From Antedon mediterranea (lineage: Eukaryota; Animalia; Echinodermata), in the NCBI RefSeq assembly GCF_964355755.1, contig NC_092675.1, positions 14,418,912-14,482,911 on the forward strand: a stretch of DNA of 64,000 nucleotides, read 5' to 3'. Under the pieces are notes generated by a model that searched no databases, was not told where the DNA came from, and saw only the letters and a list, made by a program, of their open reading frames with translations. Positions 63,401 to 64,000 of this stretch are shown here, one piece after another (position 1 is the stretch's first letter; every line of letters begins with the position of its first letter). The position numbers were made by a program, and so were the translations under genes.

Positions 63401-64000
63401 ATATATCAGCAAGAGAGAGATAGATCAGCGTGAGGGAGATAGATCAGCGAGATAGAGATAGATCAGCGAGAAAGAGATAGATCAGCGAGAGAGAAATAGA
63501 TCAGCGAGAGATAGATAGATCAGCGAGAGAGAGATAGATCAGCGAGAGAGAGATAGATAGATCAGCGAGAGAGAGAGATATAGATCAGCGAGAGAGAGAT
63601 AGATCAGCGAGAGAGAGATAGATAAATCAGCGAGAGAGAGATAGATCAGCGAGAGAGAGAGAGATAGATAGATCAGCGAGAGAAAGATAGATAGATCAGC
63701 GAGAGAGAGAGATAGATAGATCAGCGAGAGAGAGATAGATCAACGAGAGAGAGATAGATAGATCAGCGAGAGAGAGATAGATCAGTGAGAGAGAGATATA
63801 TAGATCAGCGAGAGAGAGAGATAGATCAGCGAGAGAGAGATAGATAGATCAGCGAGAGAGAGATAGATAGATCAGCGAGAGATAGATAAATAGATCAGCG
63901 AGAGAGAGATAGATCAGCGAGAGAGAGATAGATAGATCAGCGAGAGAGATAGAGAGATAGATCAGCGAGAGAGAGATAGATCAGCGAGAGAGAGAGATAT

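Larger units (their letters stand above)
21744..64000. repeat. Purine-rich compound minisatellite array GATCAGC(GA)n(GATA)m, commonest units 19 and 23 bp; runs off the right edge
   Basis: Continuous units such as GATAGATCAGCGAGAGAGA over >42 kb in one orientation, with no foreign insertion noticed. Confidence 0.98.

Overview
Eukaryotic, AT-rich, repeat-dominated DNA, probably heterochromatin of an invertebrate animal (inference). About 94% is tandem repeat and no intact gene is visible. (1) 1-1342: a degenerate, intron-containing minus-strand gene missed as a unit by the ORF track. It encodes a RAG1-like N-terminal architecture (basic GRR motif, C3HC4 RING, adjacent zinc finger) and then the start of a RAG1/Transib/Chapaev-type transposase core. 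It has nonsense codons and a frameshift. (2) ~1347-16877: an ~88-bp satellite with three monomer types in an (A)n-B-C grammar and nested duplications, interrupted by two copies of a ~775-bp unclassified insertion. (3) ~16873-21743: a more diverged ~186-bp satellite with a built-in long hairpin. It carries a 195-bp DINE-1/HINE-like element and a 1.3-kb poly(A)-tailed retroposed insertion with a 14-bp target-site duplication. (4) 21744-64000: a >42-kb purine-rich compound minisatellite GATCAGC(GA)n(GATA)m with kb-scale block duplications (~4.9 kb tandem period; ~20 and ~26 kb offsets). All family calls come from manual translation and motif recognition, not from database searches.
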